NCBI GenBank assembly: GCA_002633005.1
Contig: NMRA01000301.1
Coordinates: 476,382-540,381 of the forward strand
DNA from: Phoronis australis
Taxonomy: Eukaryota > Animalia > Phoronida
Direction: 5' to 3'
DNA length: 64,000 nucleotides
The translations under genes were made by a program, and so were the position numbers. The notes under the pieces are model-generated. The model was not told the DNA's origin. It did not search any database and saw only the letters and a list, made by a program, of their open reading frames with translations. This document shows, in pieces, positions 13,201 through 28,200 of this stretch; the first letter of the stretch is position 1, and every line of letters begins with the position of its first letter.

Positions 13201-16200
13201 TGGTATGACACAGACTTCTGAATAGCTACTATAATTATATAAAATTGCACAGATGACCGCATGGTGATACACAATAGGTAATAGGGACAATATGTGTCAC
13301 GACAACTAACAGTGGGGGGTACACATTATGAAAGGAATGGTTTAAACAAAAACGGAGATGCAACTACTGCAGTCTATACATTACAGACTTGTAGTGAGAT
13401 AGAATATCTATGTCCCTCTTTAAACGTCCGGGGTCGGGAGTCTGTCATTCGTCGTGATGGTTTCTCGTATGGAATCAGGGACAAGTTCTCATGGTTGAGT
13501 GTGGGTATTGTATATCTGATTAGATGTGTCAAATGTCCTCACTCTCGGTATTTTGGGGACACTATCAGGCCTGTAGCCAGCATTGCGTAAGGGGTGGTTC
13601 GAATTTTTGGAACGGTGGACCTTTGATATTTTGCAAAGATCCACTCGGTATAGTTTCAGTAAAGCCTCTGACACAGCTTAATCAGGGAATAACTCTCAGC
13701 TCTATGTTCCTGAGATGTGACGGAAATGAGGATGCCGCAACAGTTGATCGTATATAATTGGACTCAAATTCGGATATGTCGTAATGTGGTCCAGAAGGAG
13801 AACGTTCTTGCGTTACCTTTCAACAAACTGTCAAAGAAGGCATGCTTAATTACTCAGACGGAATTTTTTAATTTGAGAATGACTTGAAATTTCTATCTGG
13901 TTGTATTTTTGCGTGTTACTTACATTGCTGGAAAAGGGAACAGCCCACTATTCTGAAGGGTCACTACTCCGAAAGTTCACTACTTCGAAAATATCTAAAA
14001 TTTAGAGCACAGGTTTAATTTTTATACTTTCGTTGTCAGATGCGCTGAGTGGTGTACATATACCGAAAACAACGTCTGGGTACTATTGATTTCATGCGCA
14101 TACGAAATTATCAGCATCTTTTTGAGTACGAAAAACTAAGTAGCTCGACTTGCATTTTTAAAAGGATGCCAAACCCGGATTTGGCCTTAATTTGACAGAT
14201 TCTCAAAATGACTTTCCCATCCAGTTCTCTGAAACAAAATAGTACTCTGTAACCACTGACAACCCTCAAAAGTTTTCTGAAAATTTTGAAAACTCCCTTC
14301 AAAGTTTGCTAAATGGAAGAGCGACTTGTGACGGCGACTGCGGGAAAAGTCCACCCACCAAGGTCTATATTGTCCAAATTTTGACATGGGGTGTATGAAT
14401 TGTCAATTGATTCCTTAAAAAGGATTCAAAACTCTATTTTGATAAATTCAATCAATCCTCGTTATCTCACTTTCTGATGCATCATTGGCGTCAATCTTGA
14501 GATGTAAAGCAGCAATCAACTAAGAATTCATACTCACTACCTCACGAATTGGACATTATGATCCTTGGCGGGTGCTTTTCCCACAGAAGCAGTGTAACTC
14601 ACTAAAATCATTTGCAAGGAGTTTTCTAAATTTTCCTCAAAATTTTAGAGGGTTGTCGAGCCATTAAAGAGCATTATTTTGTTTCAGAGAATTGGATGGG
14701 AAAGTCATTTTTAGTATCTATTAATAGGACAAAACCGGTTTTGGTATACTTTTAATTTGGAAGATTGACACCAGTGATGCATTGGCAGGTGACAGAACGA
14801 GGATTAGTGGAAATCATCACAGTGTTATCCTTTTAAAAGATTACCAACTTAAGTAAGGTATTGATGAATTATTACATCACCCAACGGAACTGCACTCACG
14901 GCAGGTCGAAACTAAATATATAGTTAGAAGGTTATCCTGTCCCTGCCAGTCTTCACACAGTCAGAGAATTCCATTCAGTTTTCTTAAATTTAAAACCGCC
15001 GTTTGTCACCACAACCTGCACCCATGCCCCAGATGTTGCCCCTGCTTAAGAATGAGTCGTTACTTAGGTTCAAGAATCACATTTGACAGTGATTAGAACT
15101 GAGCTCATTTGTAAACAATGTATTCAATGTTTTAAGAACTATTCAAATCTTGCACACCATTTAAATGGTTACTAGATGGATACATATGCAATGTTTCATT
15201 CATGTCAGTTCCGACTCAATAGCAGACAGCCCGAGTAATGAACCTTTGGAGCAGGCTTACGTCAGAGTAGTGGGCCTTCAGAATGGTGACACTTAACCTT
15301 GGAAATCTTTTCAATCAAGCTTGATGCTCGCATGAAATCTGCGAGACTGTGCACCATTGTCAATGATTGACATGGGAACACTTTCTTCATTGACCAAAAT
15401 TTTATTAGGTCTAGACCTAGTTTTCCCCAATAATGTGAACATGCTCGTTTCCTCAGTAGAACACACGGTAGTAAAATGTCTGATTTTTATTTGAGCAACG
15501 AAAGAGGACTGCCTATAGTGAACTTACCATCGGCGTGTACTGGATATAAAAGAATGGAAACGTGTATACGGGCATGCATGTCAATCCAGCAATCCACAAT
15601 CAAAGTGGACATTGGAAGAACGGATTGAGGGGGGCTAAGGAGACCATGGCCCCCTTAAAATTCTCCCAGATTTCATTTGGCAGTTCAGGGGTGCGAATGT
15701 CAGACGGGCAAAATCTTGGCTAATATTCTGCCCTGGCCCCCCTAACTCAAATCCGGATCCGCCTCTGCAATCATTTGATGATCACCTTCAATTCGAAATT
15801 TGAAATGCCTGCACCTTACCATACTAAGTTAGCAAGTATATTAAAATAGAAGATAATCATATTTTTGCTGTTTTGTTTCTTGGTCGATTTTAAGACATTC
15901 ATGCCACACTACTTTTTGAGAACTCTTTCGCTGCTAGTTATAGATATTTACTCCCTTGTTACCCAATTGTTGGTCAAATGGGTGAATGTTACGCCATTAA
16001 ATTAGGTGCGTAGGATAATTCTTGTTAGAGGCATAATTAATTGTGGCGTAAAGTAATTATTTGCAGCTTAAAGTAATTATTTGCGGTGTAAAGTAACTTT
16101 TAGTGCCACACATACTAACTTTACGCCGTAATGTAGTAATTACTTTACGCCTCTAAGAAGAATTGACTCACGCACGTTATTTAGGGGCGTAACATTCACT

Positions 16201-19200
16201 CATTTGGCCAACGATAATATAGACGATAATGGTGTAGCAACCACACATGCTCAATGCCAATGAATAACGTAAAGCCTCCTTATCGTCTGCACGATCCTGC
16301 CATATGCGTAAACACCACTAGGATGAAGTTGGGCCCTGGGGCCCGATGATTACGTGAAGCACCTTGAATCAGAAGCAAATACTTCTAACTTAGTTATAAT
16401 ATATTGTAGTTAGTAGTACCAGTAGCTGCAACAATGTTGTTGTCGGTGTTGTTGTTCATATATATCCTATCTCTAAGGGATAGGCTGGGGCTGGACCTTT
16501 TCCGCGGGGGGGGAGGTTTGATCGAACCCCCCGAATCTCCCCTGGCTACTGGCCTGCACTTTAACACATTAAGCATAAGAATGAACAGCCACAGACAAAC
16601 AATCCTGCACAGTAACAGGGTGGTCCCTGTTGATGATCATTTCAATCTCCCGGAACACATCGGTGACCTTAATGTACTGGTAGTTAAAGGCGGACTGTCA
16701 GACATCCACTCACGAAGAAAGTGTGAGGCCAAGTTTATTGGCAGATGCAGTAACCTCACCAGAGGTTTAAACAGGGACATAGATATTCTATCTCACTACA
16801 AGTCTGTAATGAACAGACTGCAGCAATTACATCTCGTCCATTTCTGTTTATGCCCTTCGTCTTTTCTTGCGTACCCCCTCTGTTTGTTGTTGTGACCCAT
16901 ATTATTCCTTTTGTCTATTGTGTATCACCATGCGGTCATCTGTGCTACTATGTATCTATCTATTCAGCAGTCTGTCATACCCTTGATGAAGAGCGAACCG
17001 CTCGAATGTGGGAAATATTTAAAAATTGTTTTTCATGGACGTACCAAAATGTTATTCATAGTATAGGTTCACTTTTTGGCTCCAGTGCTAGATATTCAGT
17101 ATTCTAGTTCTGCATCTGTTGTGTGTCGTATATGTTTAGTCTCTATGTTCCAGATCTTCAAGCGAGATGAGCTGGAGATGATAGCTGACTTGTGCAAGAA
17201 GCATGATGTGGTGTGTGTGTCTGATGAAGTATATGAGTGGATTGCCTTCAAAGGGAGTCAACATGTCAGAATTGGTAATTATACAATTTTGTAGTGATCA
17301 GAATAGTTCGGTAGCAGCCATTAGTTGATACAAACTTTATTGAAAAGTTAACATTTTTTATTAAACTTTTTGTTTGAAAGATTGATACAAGAGTTGAAAC
17401 AATCACCTGTCTTCAGCTGTGTAGCTGTGAAGCATAACTTAAACAATCAATTTAAAACAGTAGCAATATTTCGAGACTGCTTGTCTCATCATCAGGCAAT
17501 AAGTAGAATGAACATATACATAGTGACATAAACTGTGAAATACACGTGACAGCGGGAAGAGGGGCATACAAGCAGAGAGTGTGATTGCAACACACGGTAG
17601 GAAGTCCACAATCCTAATGAAACCGAGCAGGTGTGCGGTACAAACCTGTGAGCTGCTCATTCTACAGTTTTTCGTGACTGGTCAATAAGGATTCCAAAAT
17701 CTTTAACCGAAATGTGTCATTTTCAATGTGGCAAATGATGGTATTGTCTACTATTACTTGCCTAGTTATTTTTTGGCTATGTTGGTGAACAAAATGATCT
17801 TGAATGGATCAGCCCTGCAAGTGTATGGACAACCGTTGCGAGAGAGATCATACCATGTGTCCAATGTAATGCTGTTCGTGTGAATGAGGATGTAGACATT
17901 CGTCCTTATGACATGTGAATTTGGTAATTACATTTGGCCACTGGTCGTAATCTTTCACAACTGGGGTTGTTTTTTACGACAAGCTGACGTGACTTGACAT
18001 GCTGAAATTAAATAGTAACATTCAGTCTATCATCAGGTTAATGTTATCCTTTACAATCTTCTTAAGTACAAAAAGTTTAGTTGTGTTTTCAACGAAGGAT
18101 TTGGAAGTGAATGTAGGTTTTCTGTGCTTTATAATGCACCTCGAATGCCCATGCAGCATGTTGCCGTCATCTCCGTCTGGGCGTCCAGCATCTGGCATCT
18201 GTTATTGTATCTCCTAAATCTCTCACAGGATCTCAATGAGATTTAACAGACGTGTTCCTGTGAAGCTGAGAACAAATGGCGGTGTGCGGATATGATTACC
18301 GCTGTGCCTGCTAGTTGCACTTTTAATTTTTTATGGTTGCCTCTGTTAGTTCAGAGTTCTTGAATGGATTTTCATGAAATTTTCAAACAGATTTCTAATA
18401 AGGGGACATTGACATCCTTCCTTTTTCAGACGGTTTTGATGATTCTGCACCACCTAGTGGCCATTTTTATGCACCCACATATTTGTATGTGGACACAATA
18501 TGCCGTCATCTCCGTTCGTCGGGCGTCCGCTGCTCTATCTCCATAACGCCTTGACGTATGTTCATGAAATGTTGGACGTGTTCCTTCCATGGATGGGACG
18601 GCATGAGCGAACTTTCGAAGGATCCGACCACCTGTGTGCCCCCTAGTGGCAATTTTAGCTTTATACGTTTATCTCTGTATCTTCAAAAGTCCTGAACAGA
18701 TATTCATAAAATGTGGTATATAGGCACCTAGTAGTGAGATGACGCTGTCCTGCAGTTTTCGGATGGGTTCAACGTAGTTTGCGCCATTTTTACTGTTTTC
18801 GAGTCTGTTTTTTTGCATCCACCCCACAGATTTTCGTAAAATTCAAATGTAGGCACATATTAGTGAGATGACGTTGTTCTCCCGGATAGATGCGACATAG
18901 TTTGCGCCTTCTAGTGGCCATTTTTATGCGCCCACATATTTATATGTGGACGCATTATGCCGTCATCTCTGTCTGTCTGTCCGTCCGGGCGGCGTCTGTC
19001 CGGCGTCCGCTGCTCTATCTCCAAAACCCTTTGACATACGTTCATGAAATTTTGCACATATGTTCCGTTCATGAATGGGACGGCATGAGCAAACTTTCGG
19101 ACGGATCCAACTACTGGTGTGCCCCCTAGTGGCAATATTAGTTTTTTACGCTTACCTTTGTATCTTCAAAAGTCTTGAACGGATTTTCATGAAATTTGGT

Positions 19201-22200
19201 ATGTAGGCACCTGTTAGTTAGATGACGCTATCCTGCCGTTTTCGGAATGGATTCGACGTAGTTTGCTTCACCTAGTGGCCATTTTTACTGTTTTCTTTGC
19301 GTCCACCCCTCTATCAACCAAACTGCTCAACGGATGATTGCGAAAACTGGCATGTATGTGCTTACTATGAAGAAAACCGTTGACGATGATTTTCCGATGA
19401 TTTTGACTACTGTGGCGCCTCCTGGTGACAGTTTTGTTTTTTGCGCGTATGGCTGTATCTCCTAAACCGTTGGCACGATCTTTACGAAACTTAGTAAGTA
19501 TATTTATATGATGTTAACTACAGAGGATGACGATTTTAGGAGAGATCTGAGTACAGGTGTGCCCCCTAGTAACCATTTTATTTTTTTTTTTACGTTTACC
19601 TTTGTATCTTCAAAAGTCCTTAACGGATTTTCATGAAATTTAATATGTAGGCACCTATTAGTAAGGTGCCCCCTAGTGGCCATTTTATTTTTTTTTACGT
19701 TTACCTTTGTATCTTAAAAAGTCCTTAACGGATTTTCATGAAACTTAATATGTAGGCACCTATTAGTAAGGTGATGCTATCCTTCTGTTTTTTGGTGGAT
19801 TTGACGTAGTTTGCGCCACCTAGTGGCCATTTTTACTGTTTTCGAGTCTGTTTTTCTGCGTCCACCCCTCTATCAACCAAACCGCTTAGAGGATGATTGT
19901 GAAAATTGGCATGTGCTTACTGTAAAGAGGATGAGTGACAATGATTTTCAGACAATTTCAACAACTTCAGCGCCTCCTAGTGGCAGTTTTGTTTTTGTTG
20001 TGCCTATGGCTGTATCTCCTAAACCGTTCGCAGGATCTTTACTTAATTTAGCAAGTGTATTATATATGATGTTGACTACGGATGACGACGACTTTCGAAC
20101 AGATCTGATTACTGCTGCGTACCCTAGTGGCAATTTTATTTTTTTACGTTTAACTCAGTATCTTCAAAGGTCCTCAACAGATTTTCATAAAATTTTAAAT
20201 ATAGGCATCTATTGGTGTGATGATGCTATGTTCCTGTTTTTGGATGGAATCGAGGTATTTTGCACCACCTAGTGGCCATTTTTGCTGTTTTTAGCGTCCA
20301 CCCCTGCATCAACCAAATCATTTGAAAATTGGAAAAAATGTTCTCATTGTGAAGACGACCTTTGATGATGGTGACTGACTACTGTGGCGCCTCCTAGTGG
20401 TAGTTTTGTTTTGCGCCCATAGTTGTATCTCCTAAACCCACTGCAGGATCTTTACTAAATTTAATAAGTGTATTTATATGAAGATAACAACAGACGACGA
20501 CGACTTTCAGGCGGATCCAACGGACACTGTGCCCACTAGTGGCAATTTCATTTTATTCTGTTTTCCTTTGTTGCTCTGAAGTTCCTTGATAGATTTTTAT
20601 GAAATATGGCATGTTCCTGTTTTTGCACCATCTAGTGGCCATTTTTAGGATACAAGTAAATAACCCTAAAAGCACACCATTTGCAATGCATTCGTGGGCG
20701 CATTTCAACGATTTTCTGACGACTTCAACTACTGTGGCGCCTCCGAGTCGCAGTTTTGTTTTCTTGCGTCTATGCCTGTATCTCCTAAACTGTTCGCAGG
20801 ATCTTTACTAAATTTAGAAAGTGTATTCATATGATGTGGGCAATGAATGAGGACAACTTTCGGACGGTTCTGACTGCTGGTGTGCTCTGTAGTGACAATT
20901 TCAGTTTTTCACGTTGAACTCTGTATGTTCAAAGGTCCTCAACTGATTTTCATAAAATTTTGAATATAGGCATCTATTGGTGAGGTGGCGCTATCCTGTT
21001 TTTGGATGGAATCGAGGTGTTTGGCACCACCTGGTGTCCATTTTTGCTGTTTTCGAATCTTGTTTTTGACGTCCACCCTTCTATCAACCGAATCATTCTA
21101 GGGATGGTTTTAAAAAATAGCATATATGTTCTCATTGTAAAGGGGACGACGTTTGATGATGGCGACTGACTACTGTGGCTCCTCCTAGTGGTAGTTTTGT
21201 TTTGTTTTGTGCCCATAGCTTTATCTCCTAAACCCACTGCAGGATCTTTATTAAGTTTAGTGATTGCATTTGTAATGAAGATAACAACAGATTTCAACGA
21301 CTTTCAGGTGGATCCAATGGCCACTGTGTCCCACTTAGGTGGTAATTTCATTTTATTCTGTTTTCCTTTGTTTTTCTGAAGTTCCTTGACACATTTTTAT
21401 GAAATATGGTATGTTCCAGTTTTTTGATGGATTGTACGTTTTTGCACCATCTAGTGGCCATTTTTATGATACAAATAACCCTAAAAGCACACCATTTGCG
21501 ATGCATTCGTGGGCGCATTTCAAAGCTCTCATTGCTCTTGTTTAAATTTTCCAGCCTAGTCTGTTTTTTGGCTTCTGCCTTTCTATTTGCCAAACCACTT
21601 TAAGAATCATTATGAAAATTGACAGGTGTGTTTGTAGTGAAGAGACCACAGCTGACATTGATTTTCGTATGGGTTTAGCTACTCTGGGGCCCCCTAGTGG
21701 GGATTTTTTTGTGTGTCTGCGGCTCCATCTCCTGAACCCTTTGCTAGAACTTTGTGAAATTTGGCAAATTTGTTTCCATGTAGCTGACAGCGGTTGAAGA
21801 CATGTTTCAGACCATTTTGGCAATTGGTGTACCCCCTATTGGCAATTTTATTGTCTTTGTGTTTTCCTGTGTGTCTTTGGAGTTCATTGATGAATTTTCA
21901 AGGAACTTGGCGAATTCGTTTCTATTAAGGAGATGGCAATGCCTTCCCATTTTCACACCGATTTGTCATATTGTGCCCCACCCAGTAGGGATTTTAAAAA
22001 GTTTTGGCTCTGTTATAGCATCCGTCTCTCTATCCACCAAACCTCATGAAGGATCATTGTGAAAATTTGCATTTTTCTAATGAGAAAACCACGGCTGATA
22101 TTGGTATTTGGACAGGTTCGACTACTTAGTGCCAGTTAGTGGCATTTTTTTCTCTGTAAGGCTGCATCTCCTTAACACTTTGCAGGATCTTTGTGAAATT

Positions 22201-25200
22201 TAGCGGATGTGTTCCTATGGAACTGACTGGTGCTAATTTTGTCTTTTTTGTGTCCTCAGCTTTATCTCTTTACTCCTTTGAAAGAGTTATTGTGAAATTA
22301 TGCATATGTTCTACTGTAGATGTGATGCCTCTGTATCTTCAGTTTTTGGATGGTTTTTATGAAATATGGCAGAAAAGCTTCACTTCCTGTGAAGATAGCA
22401 TCTTTCCATTTCAGGATGGATTTGAGGTATTCTGCATCGCCTCGTGGCCATTATATTATTTTTGAGTCGCCTGCCTCTGTATAATTATGCCAAACAGCTC
22501 TGAGGATCATTATGCAAATTGGCAGATGTATTCCAAAATGGCTGACATAGGTTTACGACGACTCCTACAACTCTGGTACTCCTATCCCTTGCAACCTTTT
22601 TATGCACCCATTATGTGGTCGCATATTGCCGTCATCTGTCTGGGCGTCGGGTGTCAGATGTCTAGCGTCCGCAGCTATATCTCCTAAAGCCCCTCACAGG
22701 ATTTTGCTGAGATTTGGCAGATGTGTTCCTGTGAAGCTGACGACGAATGACGGCGAACTTCGGACTTCTTCGATTACCGGTTTGCCCTCTGGTGGCAATT
22801 TTATATTTTTATGCTTACTTCTGTATCTAACTTGGCAGTTAGGCATCCATTAGGGAGATGATGCCATCGTCCCATTTTCGGACGCATTCGAGGTACTTTG
22901 CGCCACCTAATGGTCATTTTTACTGTTTTTGAGTCTCGTTTTTTGGCATTTGTCCTTCCATCAACCAAACGGCTCCAGAGATGATTTTGAAAATTATGTT
23001 CTTACTGTAAAGAGGGTGGCTGACGATGATTTGCCGACGGCTTTGATTACTTTGTCGCCTCCTAGTAACTCAACAGGATCTTTATTGAATTTTGATGGTG
23101 TGTATATATATATGAAAATGACAACAAAGGACGATGACTTTCGGACAGATCGGACTACCGATGTACCCCCTAGTAGCAATTTTAGTTTTTTCGTTTACGT
23201 CTGTATCTTCAAAGGTTGTCAGTGGATTTTCATAAAATTTGGCAGATCGGTATCTATTAGTGAGGTGACACTGTCATCCGGTTTTTGGTTGAATTGTGGG
23301 CATTTTGCTCCACCTATTGGCGATTTTTTTTACTGTTTTCGAGTTTTTTAGAATCTGCCTCTTTGTAAAACCACTCTAAGGATGATTGTGGAAATTGGCA
23401 TGTGAAGACATGTTGACGATGATTTTCCAATGACCTGGACAACTGTGGCACCTCCTAGTGGCAGTTTTTTACGCCCATGGCTGTATCTCCTATACCCACT
23501 GCAAATTTAGTGAGTGTAATATGAAGTCGGCAACAAACGGCGTCGACTTTAGGATGGATTGGACTACTTGTGTGCCTCCTAGTGCCAATTTAATTTTTTT
23601 GATTTTACCTCTGTATCTTTAAAGGTCCTCAACGGATTTTTTAAAATTTGTCTGATAGGCATCTATTAGTGAGCTGATGCTATCCTCCGGTTTTCGGTTT
23701 GATTCCTGGTATTTTGCACCACCTAGTGGCCATTTTTTACTGTTTTCGAGTCTTGTTATTTGGCGTCTGCCCCTCTATCAACCAAAATTTTCTAAGGATG
23801 GTTGTGGAAATTGGCTTGTATGTTCCTAATGTGAAGAGGAAGTCTGATGATTTTCCGACGACTTCATCTACCATGGCACCTCTTAGTGGCAGTTATGTTT
23901 TTTGCACCTATAGCCTTCTAGTGGCAATTTCATTTTTTGTTTTCCTGGGTTTCTCAGAAGTTCCGTGACAGATTGTTATGAAATTTTATTAATAGCTTTG
24001 ATGACACATACCAGCTTTCAGATGGATTCGACTTATTTTGTGTCATGTAGTGGTCATTTTTATGTTCCAAATAAACACCCCTAGAAGCACACCGTTTGCG
24101 GTGCATTTGTGGCTGTATTTCAACGCTCTGCGTTGCTCTTGGTGTATTTGCGGCTTTCTTTCCTAAACCTCCGTGCAAAAGTTTTTGAAATTTTGGCAAG
24201 TGTATTCGTAGTGTATGAAGTTAAATGAAGAACAGTTTGAACTAACTTTTCTCCTGGTGGAAATTTGTTTTTTTCACGTTTGTATCTAATCTGACTGATT
24301 TTCATCAAATTTAACCAATAGCGTGATACGACAACATCTTCCCATTTTGGGACGTGTTTCACGCATTCTGCTCCATCTATTGGCCAATTTTAGGGTACGG
24401 TACAACTTCACCAATTTTGGAAACAACATGCCTGACAAGTGAAATCTTATTTTCAATCTTTTCGAACTAGTACCACATAAATTCTGTATCCTTTGAAATA
24501 TCCTTACCATAGCTACCAACAATGATTCTGAGAGATTGTTGGCATAGATAGCAGTTCTAGAAGCTTTTGAAAAATGAAAATGACCATTTTTGGCATTTAT
24601 TTTTGTTCGAAATGATTTTACTAACAATATTTGCCCCAACTTCTACTGCTGCAGATTTGAGTCTTTAGTACTGCAGTTTCCCTCCCTGATACCACAGTAA
24701 ACACAAATTCCTGAAATAAGAATATTATTTATAAATTTCGTCACTCATTTTACATGGTACGAAACACCAGTCTACTCACTGTTTAACTGATGATCTGCTT
24801 CATAGTGATGTACTTTTAGGATATGATCTTTGATATCGCCATGTAAGGCTTCAGTATGTTTAACATAACACTTTTCAACTTCTGTATAGGACTATTTCAT
24901 CAACTTGGCTTTCCTGTTTGAGAGTAAAATCTGATGCGAAATAAGAACAGAGTTGAGATGGCATTCAAATTTGTTATATAATGATTGCCCAAGTGAAATG
25001 TGTGACCAACGAGTCTGTTACAGTAATGATATTCTTTTAAAATAGATTGGAGACATTTGTGTTCTTATAATTCTCAGTGTGTGATTATTTGTTTAACAAT
25101 TAATCTTACATACGTAACAAAATGACACTTTTTTGAGACTCGTGTGTAGGGTAGAGTTATGTAGACGCAAGAATCTTGCTAAGGAATCAAGTGCGATCAT

Positions 25201-28200
25201 CAGACTCGTGCTTTGTGATATTTTGTGTGTTCTTGCTTTTCTCACAAGGTATCGAGTCTACATAATGTATACCTGGTTGCAACTTTTTTCATAGTGAAGC
25301 TTGAGTGGCAATGCTGCTTGAACAGGAATTTGTTCTGTGAAACTTTTATGATGATGCTGGACTAACAACACAGTGTATTCGATACTTGTTTTTAGAGTTC
25401 CCATATCGTTGATGAATAGCTACTGCTTGGTCCTTCTGTGACAATAATATGTTGTTGCAAGATGGATCATTCTAGCCAATTTTCCAGGCCTGTAGTATTT
25501 TTTTCTCTTCCGTGCTACGAAAAGGATTAATCCTGTGTGAATTTCACATCTAGTCTTCCATGAAGTTGTAATGCGTTATTTAATCATGTCTTTATAGCAT
25601 CTTTGCCTGGCATGTGGGACCGCACCATCACCATCGGTAGTGCTGGCAAGACATTTAGCGTTACTGGTTGGAAGTTGGGTTGGTGTATAGGCCCAGGTCA
25701 CCTCATAAAGGCACCCAGTGTTGTCCATCAAAATATTGTGTACACGTGTCCAACTGTTACACAGGTAAAACATTAAGCGTATTTTTGATTCCTTATCATT
25801 TTAGCGCCCACATGTTTATATGTGAGTGCATATTGTCATCTCTGTGTGGCAGTCTGGCATCTGTGCCCTTGTTGGATCTCGATGAGATTTCACTGGTGTG
25901 TGCTTATGAAGCTAACGGCACATGACAAGGTTCAGACTAATCCAACTAACACCCTGCCCCTGGTGGCAATTTTTTGCTGTCAGTGTCCCCCACTAATTCC
26001 AAACTGGATGCAAATTTCTAGAGGAATTCAATATTTAGTGAAAACTTTCCATTAATTATTCGTCGTCTATTCCGGAAGTTACGTTTTGGGAGGCAAGAAT
26101 TTCGCGACAATTTCTTTTCATACAGTGTGACTGAGAGCAGTCGAGTCAGTCATTGTTCTACCTTGGTTGTGATAAGTTCGGTCATCGTTTGCTTTTGTTT
26201 ACGAGTCAGTCAACATGCTACGCTGTTGCTGCCTACCGAGATGTACTCATTATCGTCTCACGTACAGAGGAAGAACTGTCCCACTTGCCCGAGTGTCCCG
26301 CGACACACTCCCAGTGGATGGTGACTTGAGCACCCAAACTGCTTACATCCCGCCGTGCGACTCCCTCGTCACACACATGGCACCTTCTAAATAGTTCCAA
26401 TACAAGTCCACAATAAACTTATCAAACTTAGGCTCACCGATCTGTTCATTGGATGACAAACTGTCCTTTTCGCTGGGTGTAATAACCGCCCAGGGCGCTT
26501 AGAAAAAGTTTGGTTCAGGGAGGCGCTTATTATAACCCAAGGCGGTTGAAACCCGGTCTCCGAAACGGGTGAAATTGGAAGCTAAGATTAATCATATTTA
26601 CTCTCTGTGACATATTTATAACCTATGACAGACTTTCTTCAAAATTGTGGTGCATTGCTATCAAACTTTGCTGTTAAATTATGTTCATTTTACGGAAAAT
26701 TGTGCATAAATCCTAGGGCAAAAACCCGCCCGCCCCAGTGCAATATCAGGGATATTGACGTGGTTATTTGATAATAAGGACTTCTTACGACGTCTTAAAT
26801 GAAAAATAAATGTTTTTTTCACCACAAAGTTAGGTAAGTTGAATGTTTAAAGGTTAGAAACACCGCTGTTTTGTGACGTTTTGTCACGTGTGATGCCATG
26901 GTCCGAAACTTTCTTCGGCACCTCTGGAAATTTGCAATTAAAGGCAAAGGCAACCTTTTGTCATGTAATTTTTAGCAAAAATTGGGTTCGTTGATTATCC
27001 CAGACATATTTTTCACTTATTTACAGCTTTTCGTAATTTAATTAATTACTCGTCGTCTATTCCGGAAGTTACGTTTTGGGAGGCAAGAATTTCGCGACAA
27101 TTTCTTTTCATACAGTGTGACTGAGAGCAGTCGAGTCAGTCATTGTTCTACCTTGGTTGTGATAAGTTCGGTCATCGTTTGCTTTTGTTTACGAGTCAGT
27201 CAACATGCTACGCTGTTGCTGCCTACCGAGATGTACTCATTATCGTCTCACGTACAGAGGAAGAACTGTCCCACTTGCCCGAGTGTCCCGCGACACACTC
27301 CCAGTGGATGGTGACTTGAGCACCCAAACTGCTTACATCCCGCCGTGCGACTCCCTCGTCACACACATGGCACCTTCTAAATAGTTCCAATACAAGTCCA
27401 CAATAAACTTATCAAACTTAGGCTCACCGATCTGTTCATTGGATGACAAACTGTCCTTTTCGCTGGGTGTCAAACTGGGCCTGTATTCACTCCCACTACT
27501 CAACATCGCTGCAAGGCCGCTTACAGGCTCTGGGCTAGAGACAACAGCTCACGGGGAATTACTGCTAGTTCCTGGAATTGCACGCTATGGGTTACGTTCG
27601 GAGGCATGGGTGACAGTAGATGAAGTGCCTCCAGTCACTGTTTATATTGGCCACAGCTCGCTAGGCTTCTCGCTTCAAAAACGCGCTTCTCAGGGGTGGC
27701 GACGGGGCACTGCCGGAAATCAACAGCGACGGTATGTAACCCTTCTTCAGGGGTTGTTTCGCAGGGACCTTCATCAATTCAGCGTACATATCTGTCGTAA
27801 TCTGGCGGCTGAAAATGCTTGCCACTGCTTTGTACGTTACGTTAACGGGTAGCGCTGCGTTCTTCACACAAACAAGTTAGCCAAGTACGGCGAAGTGTGT
27901 CATCCTTCGGAAAGCGACGCAAGTACCCAAAGCGCGTGTGAGACGATAATGAGTACATCCCGGCATGCAGCAACAGCGTGGCATGTTGACTGACTTGTAA
28001 ACAAAAGCAAATGACGACCGAACTTATCACATCCGAGGTAGAACAATGACTGACTTGACAGCTCTCACCGTCTGACTGTATGAAAAGAAATTGGCGTGAA
28101 ATTCTTGCTTTCCAAAACGTCACTTCCGGAATAGAGGACGAGAAATTAATTAAATTACAAAAAGCTGTAATTAAGTGAAAAATATGTCTGGGATAATCAA

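Noticed and set aside
5299-24362. Many 60-150 aa ORFs in the HINE arrays (LVAIF, PPSG motifs)
   Set aside because: They are translations of a non-coding tandem repeat; frames and stops are not conserved between copies.
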